Positions 1 through 9,006 of a stretch of DNA of 38,387 nucleotides are shown piece after piece. The notes under the pieces were generated by a model. The model ran no database searches and was not told where the DNA came from. It saw only the letters and a program-made list of their open reading frames with translations. Position 1 is the first letter of the stretch, and each line of letters opens with the position of its first letter. Location: the IMG/VR virus record IMGVR_UViG_3300048598_000552, positions 1-38,387 of that record; one strand, given 5' to 3'. This DNA comes from a virus (taxonomy: Duplodnaviria; Caudoviricetes). Position numbers and translations under genes: made by a program.

Positions 1-249
1 ATGCCAAATTCCTGGCTCGCTTCAAAAGAAGAAATTCAAAAAACCGTTTCCCAAAAAGCTAAACATCGGCAAATAGTTCAAGCTAAACTAGGGAAAATGC
101 GCCGGACTGGACTGCCAAAATTATCACACCAAGAAGTCTTTGCCACAAAAGAAGCAGCCCAAAAAGCTCTTTCTGTAAAAGCAGAATACCTGCAAAGTGT
201 TCAATCACAAATTCTAAAAATGCGCTCTAAAAATTACTCCCAATTATAG
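1..249 (+). CDS. hypothetical basic phage early protein
   Basis: 82-aa Lys-rich ORF at the window edge; upstream context not visible. Confidence 0.45.
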   Translation: MPNSWLASKEEIQKTVSQKAKHRQIVQAKLGKMRRTGLPKLSHQEVFATKEAAQKALSVKAEYLQSVQSQILKMRSKNYSQL

Positions 250-635
250 ACGCATTCTTCGTCCTTTAAATAGTTATACCAAAAAACAAGCAAGAATGCC
301 GCTAAAACCTCATCAGGTCCAAGTGAGCGGCCAAAATCAATTAATTTTTCTCGATCATCCTTAAAGTAATTTATGACTGCGATTTGCCGTGAAGCAACTA
401 GACACTGAAGCATATCGGGAGCATTTGAGAAAATTGACTTTCCTAAATCATCCGGTGTTCGTATTATTTTAAGGATCATATTGTCTACTTCATTACAATA
501 AAGTGATTGCAAAGTTTTACGTTGTTCAACCGTATAGAGTTCTTGGAAAAAATTATACTTTTCGCGCATGCCATCCGGAGCATACATACTAAAAGCTTCC
601 AACATGCAGTCATAAATAGATTTTTGAGCCATCAT
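234..635 (-). CDS. hypothetical protein, antisense to the early operon
   Basis: ORF 234..731; likely start ATG at 635/632 after RBS AAAGGTGG (642-649, minus strand); AT-rich. Confidence 0.65.
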   Translation of the reverse strand: MMAQKSIYDCMLEAFSMYAPDGMREKYNFFQELYTVEQRKTLQSLYCNEVDNMILKIIRTPDDLGKSIFSNAPDMLQCLVASRQIAVINYFKDDREKLIDFGRSLGPDEVLAAFLLVFWYNYLKDEECVYNWE

Positions 636-684
636 TAATAACCACCTTTCAAGTAACTTAAACTGAAATACTTTAGTGTCTAAA

Positions 685-713
685 ATCTTATCATAACGGC
701 AGGTGGTAAACAA
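685..713 (-). promoter_or_regulatory. putative sigma-A promoter for the leftward gene
   Basis: Minus strand TTGTTT-N17-TAAGAT with TG extended -10 (TGaTAAGAT). Confidence 0.4.
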
Positions 714-1192
714 TGCCAAAAGGTAAATCAAAAATAGATAACGGGATGTCTAACCAACTCTCCCTTTTTGACATCGTCCGCCAGCATCAAAAGGACAAGC
801 TCTCCTCAGCCTGTGAAGCCGGTAGTTTCGATATCGGCCAGCGCCTCCGTGAGATGCTGTCCGAAGGGCTGCGCCAATGCGATTTTGACCGTTATGAAGC
901 CGCCGCCCGGATGAGCAGGTTGGTCGGTTGCGAAATCACCAAAAGTCAACTCGACTCCTGGACCGCCGAAAGTAAAGAGGGCTATCGTTTCCCTGCCGAA
1001 TACTTGCCTGCCTTCGTCAACGTTACCGGCTACAAAGAGCCGCTCCGGGTCATGGCCGAGATGGTCCAATGTTACCTGCTGGAATCCGAGGAAGCACTTT
1101 TGGCGGAACTCGGTAAAATTGCATGTCAAAAAGAAGAACTCTCAAAAAAAGAAAAAGCCGTCCGCGAGTACTTAAAACAGATGGGACGGTAA
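713..1192 (+). CDS. putative phage regulatory/DNA-binding protein
   Basis: RBS AGGTGG; helical HTH-like segment RYEAAARMSRLVGCEITKSQLDSW; lies upstream of the transposase. Confidence 0.6.
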   Translation: MPKGKSKIDNGMSNQLSLFDIVRQHQKDKLSSACEAGSFDIGQRLREMLSEGLRQCDFDRYEAAARMSRLVGCEITKSQLDSWTAESKEGYRFPAEYLPAFVNVTGYKEPLRVMAEMVQCYLLESEEALLAELGKIACQKEELSKKEKAVREYLKQMGR

Positions 1193-1204
1193 GGAGGCGA
1201 TAAC

Positions 1205-1345
1205 GTGAAACTGCTTTGTTGCGGCATTATTAAAAAAGATATCCAAACCACTTATATTTTCCGCCCTGGCCGGGTCGACCTTGAAGTCATCCGGATCGAC
1301 CGGACAAGATCAACGATGTCGGAATCCAAGGAGGGAAAAAATTGA
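1205..1345 (+). CDS. small hypothetical protein, 46 aa (not in ORF track)
   Basis: RBS AGGAGG at 1192-1197, GTG start, TGA overlapping the transposase TTG start. Confidence 0.55.
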   Translation: MKLLCCGIIKKDIQTTYIFRPGRVDLEVIRIDRTRSTMSESKEGKN

Positions 1346-3354
1346 GCAACACCGAGCTAACGTTTAACACCGAAAACTGGATTACCACTGAAGAAGCGGC
1401 AAAGTATTTAGGATTAACTCCCCGCGCGGTAAGACATAACGTTAATGAAGGCAAATATGGCGAAATCAAAGAGGAAACCGGACATGACTGCGGTCGTGGT
1501 GGTAAAATCATCCTCATCCGTCCCGAAAACCTCCCGGCTGCTGCATACCTGCGTTATTACGCCAAGCATAACCAGCCGCCCCAGGTAAAGGAACTTGGCC
1601 CCGAATGGGCCCAGGCCACCGAAAGGCAGAAACAAAAAGCCGTCGCAATCCATCAGCGCCTCATCGCCTGGCTGGATTATCGAAAAAACAATCCAAGCAG
1701 CAAAGGCGATTCAGACCGTAATTTCATCGCTGCCTGGCGGCATCTCAACCCGAAGGATCGTGTTTCCAAGGCTACCCTTTACCGGGACTTAGAAAAGTTT
1801 AAGCAAGGCGGCCTGGGCGCGCTGATACCCCAACAAGGCATCATCCTGCGCGGCCAGGAAATCATCGATCCTGAAGCCAGATTCACCTTTATCGCGCTTT
1901 GGGGTAAATTGTCCCAACCGAGCATCTCCCATTGTGTCGAGCAGTTGAAAACCTTGAAGATCCTAAAAGATAAAGACTGGACCCTGCCTTCATCCAACCG
2001 GACTTATGAGCGAATCATTGCCAATCTTGATGAAGCGACCAAAACCTTGATGCGCGAAGGCAAAACCGCCCTTAATAACAAGCATGGCGTTCATATTATC
2101 CGGGATTATGATGGATTGCAAGTGATGCAGATCTGGCAATGCGACCACCAGGAACACGACTTCTTCGTTAAAGGCCCCCACGGGGAGATCGCCAGGCCAT
2201 GGCAGACGGTTTGGATGGATGCTCGCAGCCGGTACGTGGTCGGGTTTCATTGTTCCATGGGTGGCAATACCGACACCATTATAGCCGCCTATGCCGACGG
2301 CAGTCTCGACTTAGAAGGTCTAACTCCATCTCATTGGGTCATCGACAATGGCCGGGACTTTACCGGCAAACGCTTGACCAACGGCTGTAAGAAATTCCGG
2401 AAGATAAATGAGAATACCGTCAAATCCATGACCCAGCACTTGGGGATCACCGTCCATTATTGCATCCCTGAGAATCCACAAGCCAAACATATTGAACGGT
2501 GCTTCCGGACGCTCAGGGAATACTTCGATAAATATCATCCCACATATACCGGGAACGACCCCAAGAAAAGGCCGGAGACTGCTGAGGAGGCCCGTAAGGC
2601 TGGTAAGGTGATGACCTGGAATGAATATGTCCAAGCTTCCAGAGATACCTGGCTCTACTATAATACCCGCCCCCACAGCGGCGACGGAATGGATGGTAAA
2701 TCGCCCAAGCAAGTTTTTTATGAAGGACTGGAAAAAATCCAAGCCCGTAAGGTAAAACCGGAATCCTTAATGTTCCTTATGTGGAGAACTTCGGAGCCGC
2801 GCATAGTGCGAGGCGGCGGTATACAAATCGACCGGGCCTTTTACCGCTCACGAGACCTTTATGAATACGAGGGTAAGAAAGTCTATGCCCGGTATAGCCC
2901 CAACTGCAAAACAGTCTATATTTTCAACGAAGACGACGTCAAACTCTGCGAAGCCGAACTCGTTTCAGAATCGGAATGGCTGAACCAGGAAAAGACCCAG
3001 GAAGGCATGGCAATAAAGTATGCCGGAAAAAAACAGGTTATGCAAAAAGTTAGTAAAATACGCACAGCCGCCGATCCGGACGCCTTAGACGATGCCCAAC
3101 TCCTTGCCAACCAGACCGAAATGGCCCACCGGGAAGATGCCAAAATAATCAAAACCAGGCCCACAGTCATTGAACCGGTACGCACTCCCTTTGATAAAAT
3201 CGCCAAAGAAGCGGTTGCCACTACGACCGACTATAAACAACCGCACCGAATGGCGGTGGCGGTTGGGCAAGAACGATACCGGGAAGATCCGGACGAACGG
3301 GACCGGCGTATTAGCTCCAATTTTGAAAAACTGTATCGCGTGACTCAAAAATAA
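1342..3354 (+). CDS. Mu-like DDE transposase (MuA-like)
   Basis: N-terminal HTH (WITTEEAAKYLG), catalytic WQCD / IDNGRDF / KHIERCF motifs, YNTRPHSG, Mu-transposase C-terminal region; RBS AAGGAGG. Confidence 0.93.
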   Translation: MSNTELTFNTENWITTEEAAKYLGLTPRAVRHNVNEGKYGEIKEETGHDCGRGGKIILIRPENLPAAAYLRYYAKHNQPPQVKELGPEWAQATERQKQKAVAIHQRLIAWLDYRKNNPSSKGDSDRNFIAAWRHLNPKDRVSKATLYRDLEKFKQGGLGALIPQQGIILRGQEIIDPEARFTFIALWGKLSQPSISHCVEQLKTLKILKDKDWTLPSSNRTYERIIANLDEATKTLMREGKTALNNKHGVHIIRDYDGLQVMQIWQCDHQEHDFFVKGPHGEIARPWQTVWMDARSRYVVGFHCSMGGNTDTIIAAYADGSLDLEGLTPSHWVIDNGRDFTGKRLTNGCKKFRKINENTVKSMTQHLGITVHYCIPENPQAKHIERCFRTLREYFDKYHPTYTGNDPKKRPETAEEARKAGKVMTWNEYVQASRDTWLYYNTRPHSGDGMDGKSPKQVFYEGLEKIQARKVKPESLMFLMWRTSEPRIVRGGGIQIDRAFYRSRDLYEYEGKKVYARYSPNCKTVYIFNEDDVKLCEAELVSESEWLNQEKTQEGMAIKYAGKKQVMQKVSKIRTAADPDALDDAQLLANQTEMAHREDAKIIKTRPTVIEPVRTPFDKIAKEAVATTTDYKQPHRMAVAVGQERYREDPDERDRRISSNFEKLYRVTQK

Positions 3355-3363
3355 ACAACGGAG

Positions 3364-4368
3364 GTGTTTGACATGGCGAAAACCGCCCAATTATTCAACA
3401 TTACGGAAGCAGTCCAACCAGATTACGAACTTTTAAGAGAACGGTTGCGGCAATATTTAGAGGCCATCGGTAAAAGTCAAAGTGAAATCGCCAAAAGCAT
3501 TGGCATGACTCCTGCGGTTCTAACCGGATTTATGAAAGGCACCTATAAAGGTGATATATCCGGAGTCGCGGCCAGGCTGGAGGATTATTTGAATCTGGAG
3601 AATCAGCGAATGGCCGCTCCGAAAGAACCGGAATTTGCAATGACCAAGTTTGCTTCCCAGGTCATAGCCGTGGCCGATTACGCCAGGAGAAACAATGATA
3701 TCGGATTGGTCCATGGTGACGCTGGGGTCGGCAAGACCACCGCTTTGGAATATTATGCCGCCGAACATAAGGAAGTCATTATGATTACCGCCGGTGAACA
3801 TCTCGCCACCCCCAAAGCGGTCCTGGAAGAAATCCTTGATAAGCTGGGAGACAGAGAGTATGGCAGCGTGTCCCGGATGGGCAAAAACGTGATTCAAACC
3901 CTGCGAGGTTCCGGACGGCTGATAATCATTGACGAAGCAACTGAGTTAAACGAACGGGCCAAGAAACTGATGCGGACCATTCATGATCATACCAAAGTCG
4001 GGATCGTATACGCCGGGACCCATGAATTATATAAACAGATGTATGGCCGGAACGGAGTCGTTTTTGCCCAATTGCTCTCCCGGATCGGTATTCGGAGAAG
4101 CCTTAAACTCAAAGAGATCTCTAGAAAAGATATTACATTATTGTTTGAGCAAAATGGGAAATTGGAAGAAGATTGTATTGATTTTTTACTTAAAGAGGCC
4201 AAGGGTGATGGAGGTCTGCGCTACGCCAAAAAGGTCTATATGTTGGCCTCCACCTTGGCTTGTAGTGATGGTCGCGACTTGAACATTCAATACCTTAAAG
4301 ATGCGACTGAAATGCTGAAAGAGGAAACGGAAACTACAGAGCAAGGCAAGAGAGGTAAGATCAGATAA
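3364..4368 (+). CDS. MuB-like AAA+ transposition ATPase
   Basis: N-terminal HTH, Walker A GDAGVGKT, Walker B LIIIDEA, QLLSRIG; directly follows the transposase. True start is probably ATG 3373. Confidence 0.92.
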   Translation: MFDMAKTAQLFNITEAVQPDYELLRERLRQYLEAIGKSQSEIAKSIGMTPAVLTGFMKGTYKGDISGVAARLEDYLNLENQRMAAPKEPEFAMTKFASQVIAVADYARRNNDIGLVHGDAGVGKTTALEYYAAEHKEVIMITAGEHLATPKAVLEEILDKLGDREYGSVSRMGKNVIQTLRGSGRLIIIDEATELNERAKKLMRTIHDHTKVGIVYAGTHELYKQMYGRNGVVFAQLLSRIGIRRSLKLKEISRKDITLLFEQNGKLEEDCIDFLLKEAKGDGGLRYAKKVYMLASTLACSDGRDLNIQYLKDATEMLKEETETTEQGKRGKIR

Positions 4369-4373
4369 AAAAC

Positions 4374-4391
4374 GTCAGACACTTGTCTGAC
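4374..4391. promoter_or_regulatory. palindromic operator GTCAGACA-CT-TGTCTGAC upstream of parM
   Basis: Perfect 8-bp inverted repeat 23 bp upstream of the ATG; same consensus as the array at 18226-18287. Confidence 0.65.
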
Positions 4392-4414
4392 TAATAAAAA
4401 GGAGCGATTCGAAT

Positions 4415-5422
4415 ATGGAACACATGGCGATTGATGTAGGATTTGGAGGAACCAAGGCAGTAGCAAGCAACGGTCGAAAAGCCAGCTTTATATCAGTGGT
4501 AGGCGACTTCCACCCGGTGGCATTTGTCTCCGGGATGAATGATGCCACCTCCAATCTGGTGATTGACTATAATTCAAGAAAGAGTTTCGTCGGCGAATCC
4601 GCTTTAAAACAATCGATTCCCAGGGCTACCGTCGACACCGACCGGACTGTCACCGATGAAGGAATGACTTTACTGGCGGCGGCGATGGCGCTACTTGCCG
4701 AAGGGCCAGCCACCAATACCAATATGGTTGTCGGACTTCCCGTCCGTCACTATGAAACCTTGAAAAATCAATACCTAAAGCAAGTACATGCCATTCATGC
4801 GATAGACCTGCTTACTCCTACCGGTGGGTTGATCGAACGCAAATTTGTATCGGTTGAGCAAGCCAGGGTTCTCCCCCAGCCGTTCGGAGCCTTCTTCGAT
4901 TTAATTCTGGATGACAAAGGCAAATTAACCAGCGAAAGCGAGGATCTGGCTAATGGTAAAGTAGGTATCGTGGATATCGGATACAACACCCTGGATTTAG
5001 CCCGCGCCGACCAACTGGAGTATATCAATCCCCGCTCCACATCATTCGCCGGTCAGGGGATTTTCAGCGCCTTTCAGGCTTTATCCAGTGAATTGTATCG
5101 GAGTTTCAAAGTGGAGATCCCGCCGGAGCGGATCGAGCCGATTGTCCGCAGTGGACGGATCAAAGTTGCTGGTAAGGAAACCCCTATTTTCATCCAACAA
5201 GAGACAGCTTTTAAGGAAGCCGCCGCCCAGATTATCAGCCGCATTAAATCGCTCTGGCCGGACCGGTGGGAACTGGATCGGATTCTGCTGGCCGGTGGCG
5301 GCTCCATTTTGTTGGGAAAATACCTGCAAGCGGAATTTAGTGAACAAGCGGTTATTGCCGCCGATCCCGCCTTCGCCAATGTCAATGGATATCTAAAATT
5401 TGCCCGGAGGGTTTGGAAATGA
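4415..5422 (+). CDS. parM: ParM/StbA-family actin-like ATPase
   Basis: Actin-fold motifs AIDVGFGGTK, VVGLP, PQPFGAF, IVDIGYNTLD, LAGGGS, ANVNGY. Confidence 0.9.
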   Translation: MEHMAIDVGFGGTKAVASNGRKASFISVVGDFHPVAFVSGMNDATSNLVIDYNSRKSFVGESALKQSIPRATVDTDRTVTDEGMTLLAAAMALLAEGPATNTNMVVGLPVRHYETLKNQYLKQVHAIHAIDLLTPTGGLIERKFVSVEQARVLPQPFGAFFDLILDDKGKLTSESEDLANGKVGIVDIGYNTLDLARADQLEYINPRSTSFAGQGIFSAFQALSSELYRSFKVEIPPERIEPIVRSGRIKVAGKETPIFIQQETAFKEAAAQIISRIKSLWPDRWELDRILLAGGGSILLGKYLQAEFSEQAVIAADPAFANVNGYLKFARRVWK

Positions 5423-5715
5423 CTGCGCCTCGGTATACATTCCGGGTCAATCCCAGGAGGTACCACGAGCTTTATGAACGGCTGGAATCCATAGAAGAAG
5501 GCGAATTAAGCTTTTGGATAGTGGAGGCGCTGCTTGCAAAAATGGAAATGGAAAAAGGGCTGGTTACTAATGTCACAACTCAGCCGGAACCAATTCCTAA
5601 TTTAGCATCATCCCTACCAATAAATCCGACAATGGTAGAAACGGCAGTTACCTATGAGACCGCAGAAAACAGTGAGATTGAAAGCAAACTTGACCATTTA
5701 GCCCGAATATTTTAA
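5419..5715 (+). CDS. ParR-like small DNA-binding adaptor
   Basis: ATGA-coupled to parM, RBS GGAGG; N-terminal beta-alpha-alpha pattern (RYTFRV...), low-complexity linker, short C-terminal helix. Confidence 0.6.
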   Translation: MTAPRYTFRVNPRRYHELYERLESIEEGELSFWIVEALLAKMEMEKGLVTNVTTQPEPIPNLASSLPINPTMVETAVTYETAENSEIESKLDHLARIF

Positions 5716-5736
5716 TCACCAAAAGGATGGTGAATT

Positions 5737-6132
5737 ATGGCTATTGTGACCTTATCCAAGCCTGTAACTCAAAGAGCCAAAGAAGCAATCGGCACGAATG
5801 AAGTTGAACTTCTGGAAAACATCGGACTGGTTCTGGTGGATAGGCTGGAGTATCAACAGTTCAAACAAGATTATATTGACTTGCAACAAGCTCATCTCTT
5901 GTTAAAAGAAACCAATAAGCGGCTTCACAATGATTTAAGCATTGCAGCCGCCGAAAAGATGTTGCTGCTGGCAAGAGGCAAGAGTGGAAAAACTGGAGGT
6001 GAGTTCTCAATGATCATCTGTTATAGGAAATATCCCCGGTTAAAGGGAGGTGAAATTCTCTTTCTACTCCCCGGTAAAACAGGTTTTAAAGACCGTTTAA
6101 AAACTTTTTTAAGGAGGTTTAAGAATGACTAA
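5737..6132 (+). CDS. hypothetical protein
   Basis: RBS AAGGATGG; also an internal RBS with in-frame ATG at 6010. Confidence 0.55.
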   Translation: MAIVTLSKPVTQRAKEAIGTNEVELLENIGLVLVDRLEYQQFKQDYIDLQQAHLLLKETNKRLHNDLSIAAAEKMLLLARGKSGKTGGEFSMIICYRKYPRLKGGEILFLLPGKTGFKDRLKTFLRRFKND

Positions 6133-6364
6133 AAAGCAAATGGACGGTGTCGATAATGAGAAAATCGCGGCGGTAAAAAGTTATCAAAAAAATTGTCCTC
6201 AAAAACTCCGTGATTATGTCGTAAAAACCCTTGGCTATAAAAGATGCAACGACTGGCCTTTTGAAATGCTGGCGGATGAATTTGGATATGGATATATCAG
6301 GTATTGGAATATGGAACTCGAAAAAGTTTTGTCAAATATCAAGGAGGCCCAAAATGGAGTATAA
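6125..6364 (+). CDS. hypothetical protein
   Basis: RBS AAGGAGG, overlaps neighbouring genes. Confidence 0.6.
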   Translation: MTKKQMDGVDNEKIAAVKSYQKNCPQKLRDYVVKTLGYKRCNDWPFEMLADEFGYGYIRYWNMELEKVLSNIKEAQNGV

Positions 6365-6617
6365 CAAAAAGCTAAACAAGGCCGGTTCGCTGACCCTTCC
6401 GGCAGCCATGCGTCGGGAATTAGGTATTGATCGTGGAGATCGATTTAGAATTGTCGTGCAGGATGAAGGAACTATTGAGTTAAGAAGGATTCAAGGTGAA
6501 TGCATATTTTGTAAAGATAATAACAATTTGTTAATCTACGCCGGACGCTTTGTATGCAATAGGTGCTTACAAAATATGAATGAAATTAAAGATGATAGGA
6601 GTGATGATCATGGATAA
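6354..6617 (+). CDS. AbrB/MazE/SpoVT-family regulator with C-terminal CxxC..CxxC
   Basis: KKLNKAGSLTLPAAMRRELGI; CIFC...CNRC; RBS AAGGAGG before ATG 6354. Confidence 0.85.
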   Translation: MEYNKKLNKAGSLTLPAAMRRELGIDRGDRFRIVVQDEGTIELRRIQGECIFCKDNNNLLIYAGRFVCNRCLQNMNEIKDDRSDDHG

Positions 6618-7269
6618 GATAACGAATGCGTTATGTATCATTAAGGTGGATGAGGCCATCGAATTGGAAAAGCAGATTAAGCAATTAAAAAAAAGGCTTG
6701 ATGGCATCAAATCAGTTCTAACCAATATTGCTTATGAAGATATGGATAACAGAAGTATCAAATTCACGCAGATTTATGGCACCAATGGGCATTTTAATGT
6801 TTTGTACAAAGAAAAGTTGGAAATTGATAATTATACCAAATTGGTTGAAGTTCTTGGCGAAATTGCACATGCCAAGATTGCTCACAAAGAGGAAATCAAA
6901 TACGATGTTGCCGACCGGTTTAGGGATGCGTTAATCGCTCTATACAGGCAGGAATTTAGCAATGAAACCTCGGTTGATCAGGTATTGCAAGGTCTTGGAC
7001 TGGAACCGAAAGCGATTAAAACGGCGCTAAAGAAACTCAAAGGGGATTATATCAAAGACAAAAAAGTATTGGAAAGCCTTGGAGTAAAAGGCGATTGTGA
7101 AGAAGAGCTATATACGATAAGGCTTTATAAAAACTATGAACTGGTTGAACGGTTTTTTGGTGGTTTGACACCCGTGGAGATAGAATTGGTTAAAAAAGCA
7201 ATCTTTGTTGAAGAAGGAATTAGCGTCGGATTTGAATATAACGAGGAAGTTCAAGAAAACGAAGGCTGA
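6610..7269 (+). CDS. phage coiled-coil hypothetical protein
   Basis: RBS AGGAGTG before ATG 6610; long ORF with an N-terminal coiled coil. Confidence 0.7.
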   Translation: MDKITNALCIIKVDEAIELEKQIKQLKKRLDGIKSVLTNIAYEDMDNRSIKFTQIYGTNGHFNVLYKEKLEIDNYTKLVEVLGEIAHAKIAHKEEIKYDVADRFRDALIALYRQEFSNETSVDQVLQGLGLEPKAIKTALKKLKGDYIKDKKVLESLGVKGDCEEELYTIRLYKNYELVERFFGGLTPVEIELVKKAIFVEEGISVGFEYNEEVQENEG

Positions 7270-7274
7270 AAGGA

Positions 7275-7613
7275 GTGGTAAATTTGTTCTATCAAATCGC
7301 TCTAATGGATGGTTTGTTTGTGCCTGTTGACGGACAGGCTCTTGAACTGGAAATGTTAGTACCCACATTGAGAGGCTTTAAGTTTTTTATGTATCAATCC
7401 GTATCTCACGGAGTGGAAACCTGGGTGGTTTCGGAAGTCATCACCGGGGCAAAAATCGCGGAGGGTCTGACGAAACCCGAGGCCATCGGGGCGGCAGTAA
7501 TCAAACTTTCCGCGAATGGCCGGAAGGTATTGGTTGAAAAAGTCAGAGGATTTACCCAAAAATATGGCCGGACAATAGACGGTCAAAAAATGACTATTCC
7601 CAATGCATCTTGA
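7275..7613 (+). CDS. hypothetical protein
   Basis: ORF tiles the operon; start uncertain. Confidence 0.55.
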   Translation: MVNLFYQIALMDGLFVPVDGQALELEMLVPTLRGFKFFMYQSVSHGVETWVVSEVITGAKIAEGLTKPEAIGAAVIKLSANGRKVLVEKVRGFTQKYGRTIDGQKMTIPNAS

Positions 7614-7977
7614 TAATCATCTTCAAAGAATTTTTGACCGGGCGATGGAGTCGGCCCGGCGGGCCGGGGAGGACCGCCGAGCCGATCCGGCTCCGGAGAC
7701 CAAACAGGGTATCAAACAAATTTGGCAACTTAGCATCCGGCGGCTGCCGTCCGCAAAGTATCGATTGGTAATTTTATTGGTTATGGCGGATGACAGCCTT
7801 TCATACCGTGAAGGCGAACTGGACGAAGAACAAACGATCCGGTTCTTTGAAAAAAACAGTTTGCCGCCGGGTCTTCCCCAGGCCGACAACCAGGTGGTAT
7901 ATATCATTGAAAATGGCAGAATGACCAAATGTGGAATGAAAGGAGCGGTGATGGATGACCTTCTCGGAAGTGATTAA
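7603..7977 (+). CDS. hypothetical protein
   Basis: ORF tiles the operon. Confidence 0.55.
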   Translation: MHLDNHLQRIFDRAMESARRAGEDRRADPAPETKQGIKQIWQLSIRRLPSAKYRLVILLVMADDSLSYREGELDEEQTIRFFEKNSLPPGLPQADNQVVYIIENGRMTKCGMKGAVMDDLLGSD

Positions 7978-8416
7978 CCTAATTATAAAACGCCGAAAAC
8001 TTGTTATCGCAGTGGATTTTGACGGAACAATCGTAAAAAACGAGTGGCCGGAAATTGGTCGGACACGATGGTTTGCTTTTCCGGTATTACGATGGATGAA
8101 GAAACGGGGTCATATTCTTATTCTTTATACATGCCGGGAAAATTTAGATTTAGATAAAGCGATCTTATTTTTAATAAGAAACAATTTAAAATATCCAGCC
8201 TTTGACTATATCAATGAAAATTGCAAGGAACTCATTAAAAAATTTGGCGATGCCCGGAAAATTGGCGCAGACCTGTATATCGATGATCTTGGAGCCGGGT
8301 TTTGGATCTGGCCAATAATACCAATGATTGTCTGGTTAAAGGAAAGAAGGCGAAATGATGGTACCCGAAACAAGAATAAAATGCGAAGCGACGCAAAGAG
8401 GTCCGGTTCATTGTGA
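7955..8416 (+). CDS. capless HAD-superfamily phosphatase-like protein
   Basis: Motif I IAVDFDGTIV, motif II LYTCR, motif III/IV RKIGADLYIDD. Confidence 0.8.
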   Translation: MTFSEVINLIIKRRKLVIAVDFDGTIVKNEWPEIGRTRWFAFPVLRWMKKRGHILILYTCRENLDLDKAILFLIRNNLKYPAFDYINENCKELIKKFGDARKIGADLYIDDLGAGFWIWPIIPMIVWLKERRRNDGTRNKNKMRSDAKRSGSL

Positions 8417-8543
8417 AATATGCGATGAAGACGGACATGGAACCACGGTAAATATTCACCCGGTATTTTGTATTTGCGATGATTGCTTGATGGATTTGGA
8501 TTTGAAACTGGCGGCGGAGGTGATTGGCAGTGACCAAGGATGA
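8355..8543 (+). CDS. small zinc-ribbon protein
   Basis: CEIC...CDDC; fills the gap between neighbours. Confidence 0.5.
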   Translation: MMVPETRIKCEATQRGPVHCEICDEDGHGTTVNIHPVFCICDDCLMDLDLKLAAEVIGSDQG

Positions 8544-9006
8544 GTGGAAAAAAGTCAAAGATGACCTAGACTTTTTTTACAAGACAGTCTATCTGAGGGT
8601 TGATGGATATGAAGTGGCATTAATATTAGTACGTGTTTCTCAATACAAAAATGCAATCGATATATATATCAATGGATATTTCAGAGGTGAGTGGCTGACA
8701 AAAGATTGTGAGGAGCGGCGAAGATTTGTACCGTATAGGATGTGTTATCTTTATGATAAAAAATTTCGTGATAGTATGAAATCAAAACGCAAAATGGCAA
8801 TCGCTAAATCAATGAATCTTGATCCTTTTATACAGTATAAAGCATATCGCTCTCATTGGCATTCATTCGCAGCGCTAAAAAAGCATCTTATCGCGAACAA
8901 CAAACAAATAGAGTTAAGCAGTCAGGAGGCGCACAAAATTGCAAAAGATAGGCAACAAGCAGAAAGCAATCATACACATGGCGAAAACTCAGTTGGGGCT
9001 GGATGA
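8524..9006 (+). CDS. hypothetical phage protein
   Basis: RBS GGAGGTG, TTG start. Confidence 0.7.
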   Translation: MAVTKDEWKKVKDDLDFFYKTVYLRVDGYEVALILVRVSQYKNAIDIYINGYFRGEWLTKDCEERRRFVPYRMCYLYDKKFRDSMKSKRKMAIAKSMNLDPFIQYKAYRSHWHSFAALKKHLIANNKQIELSSQEAHKIAKDRQQAESNHTHGENSVGAG

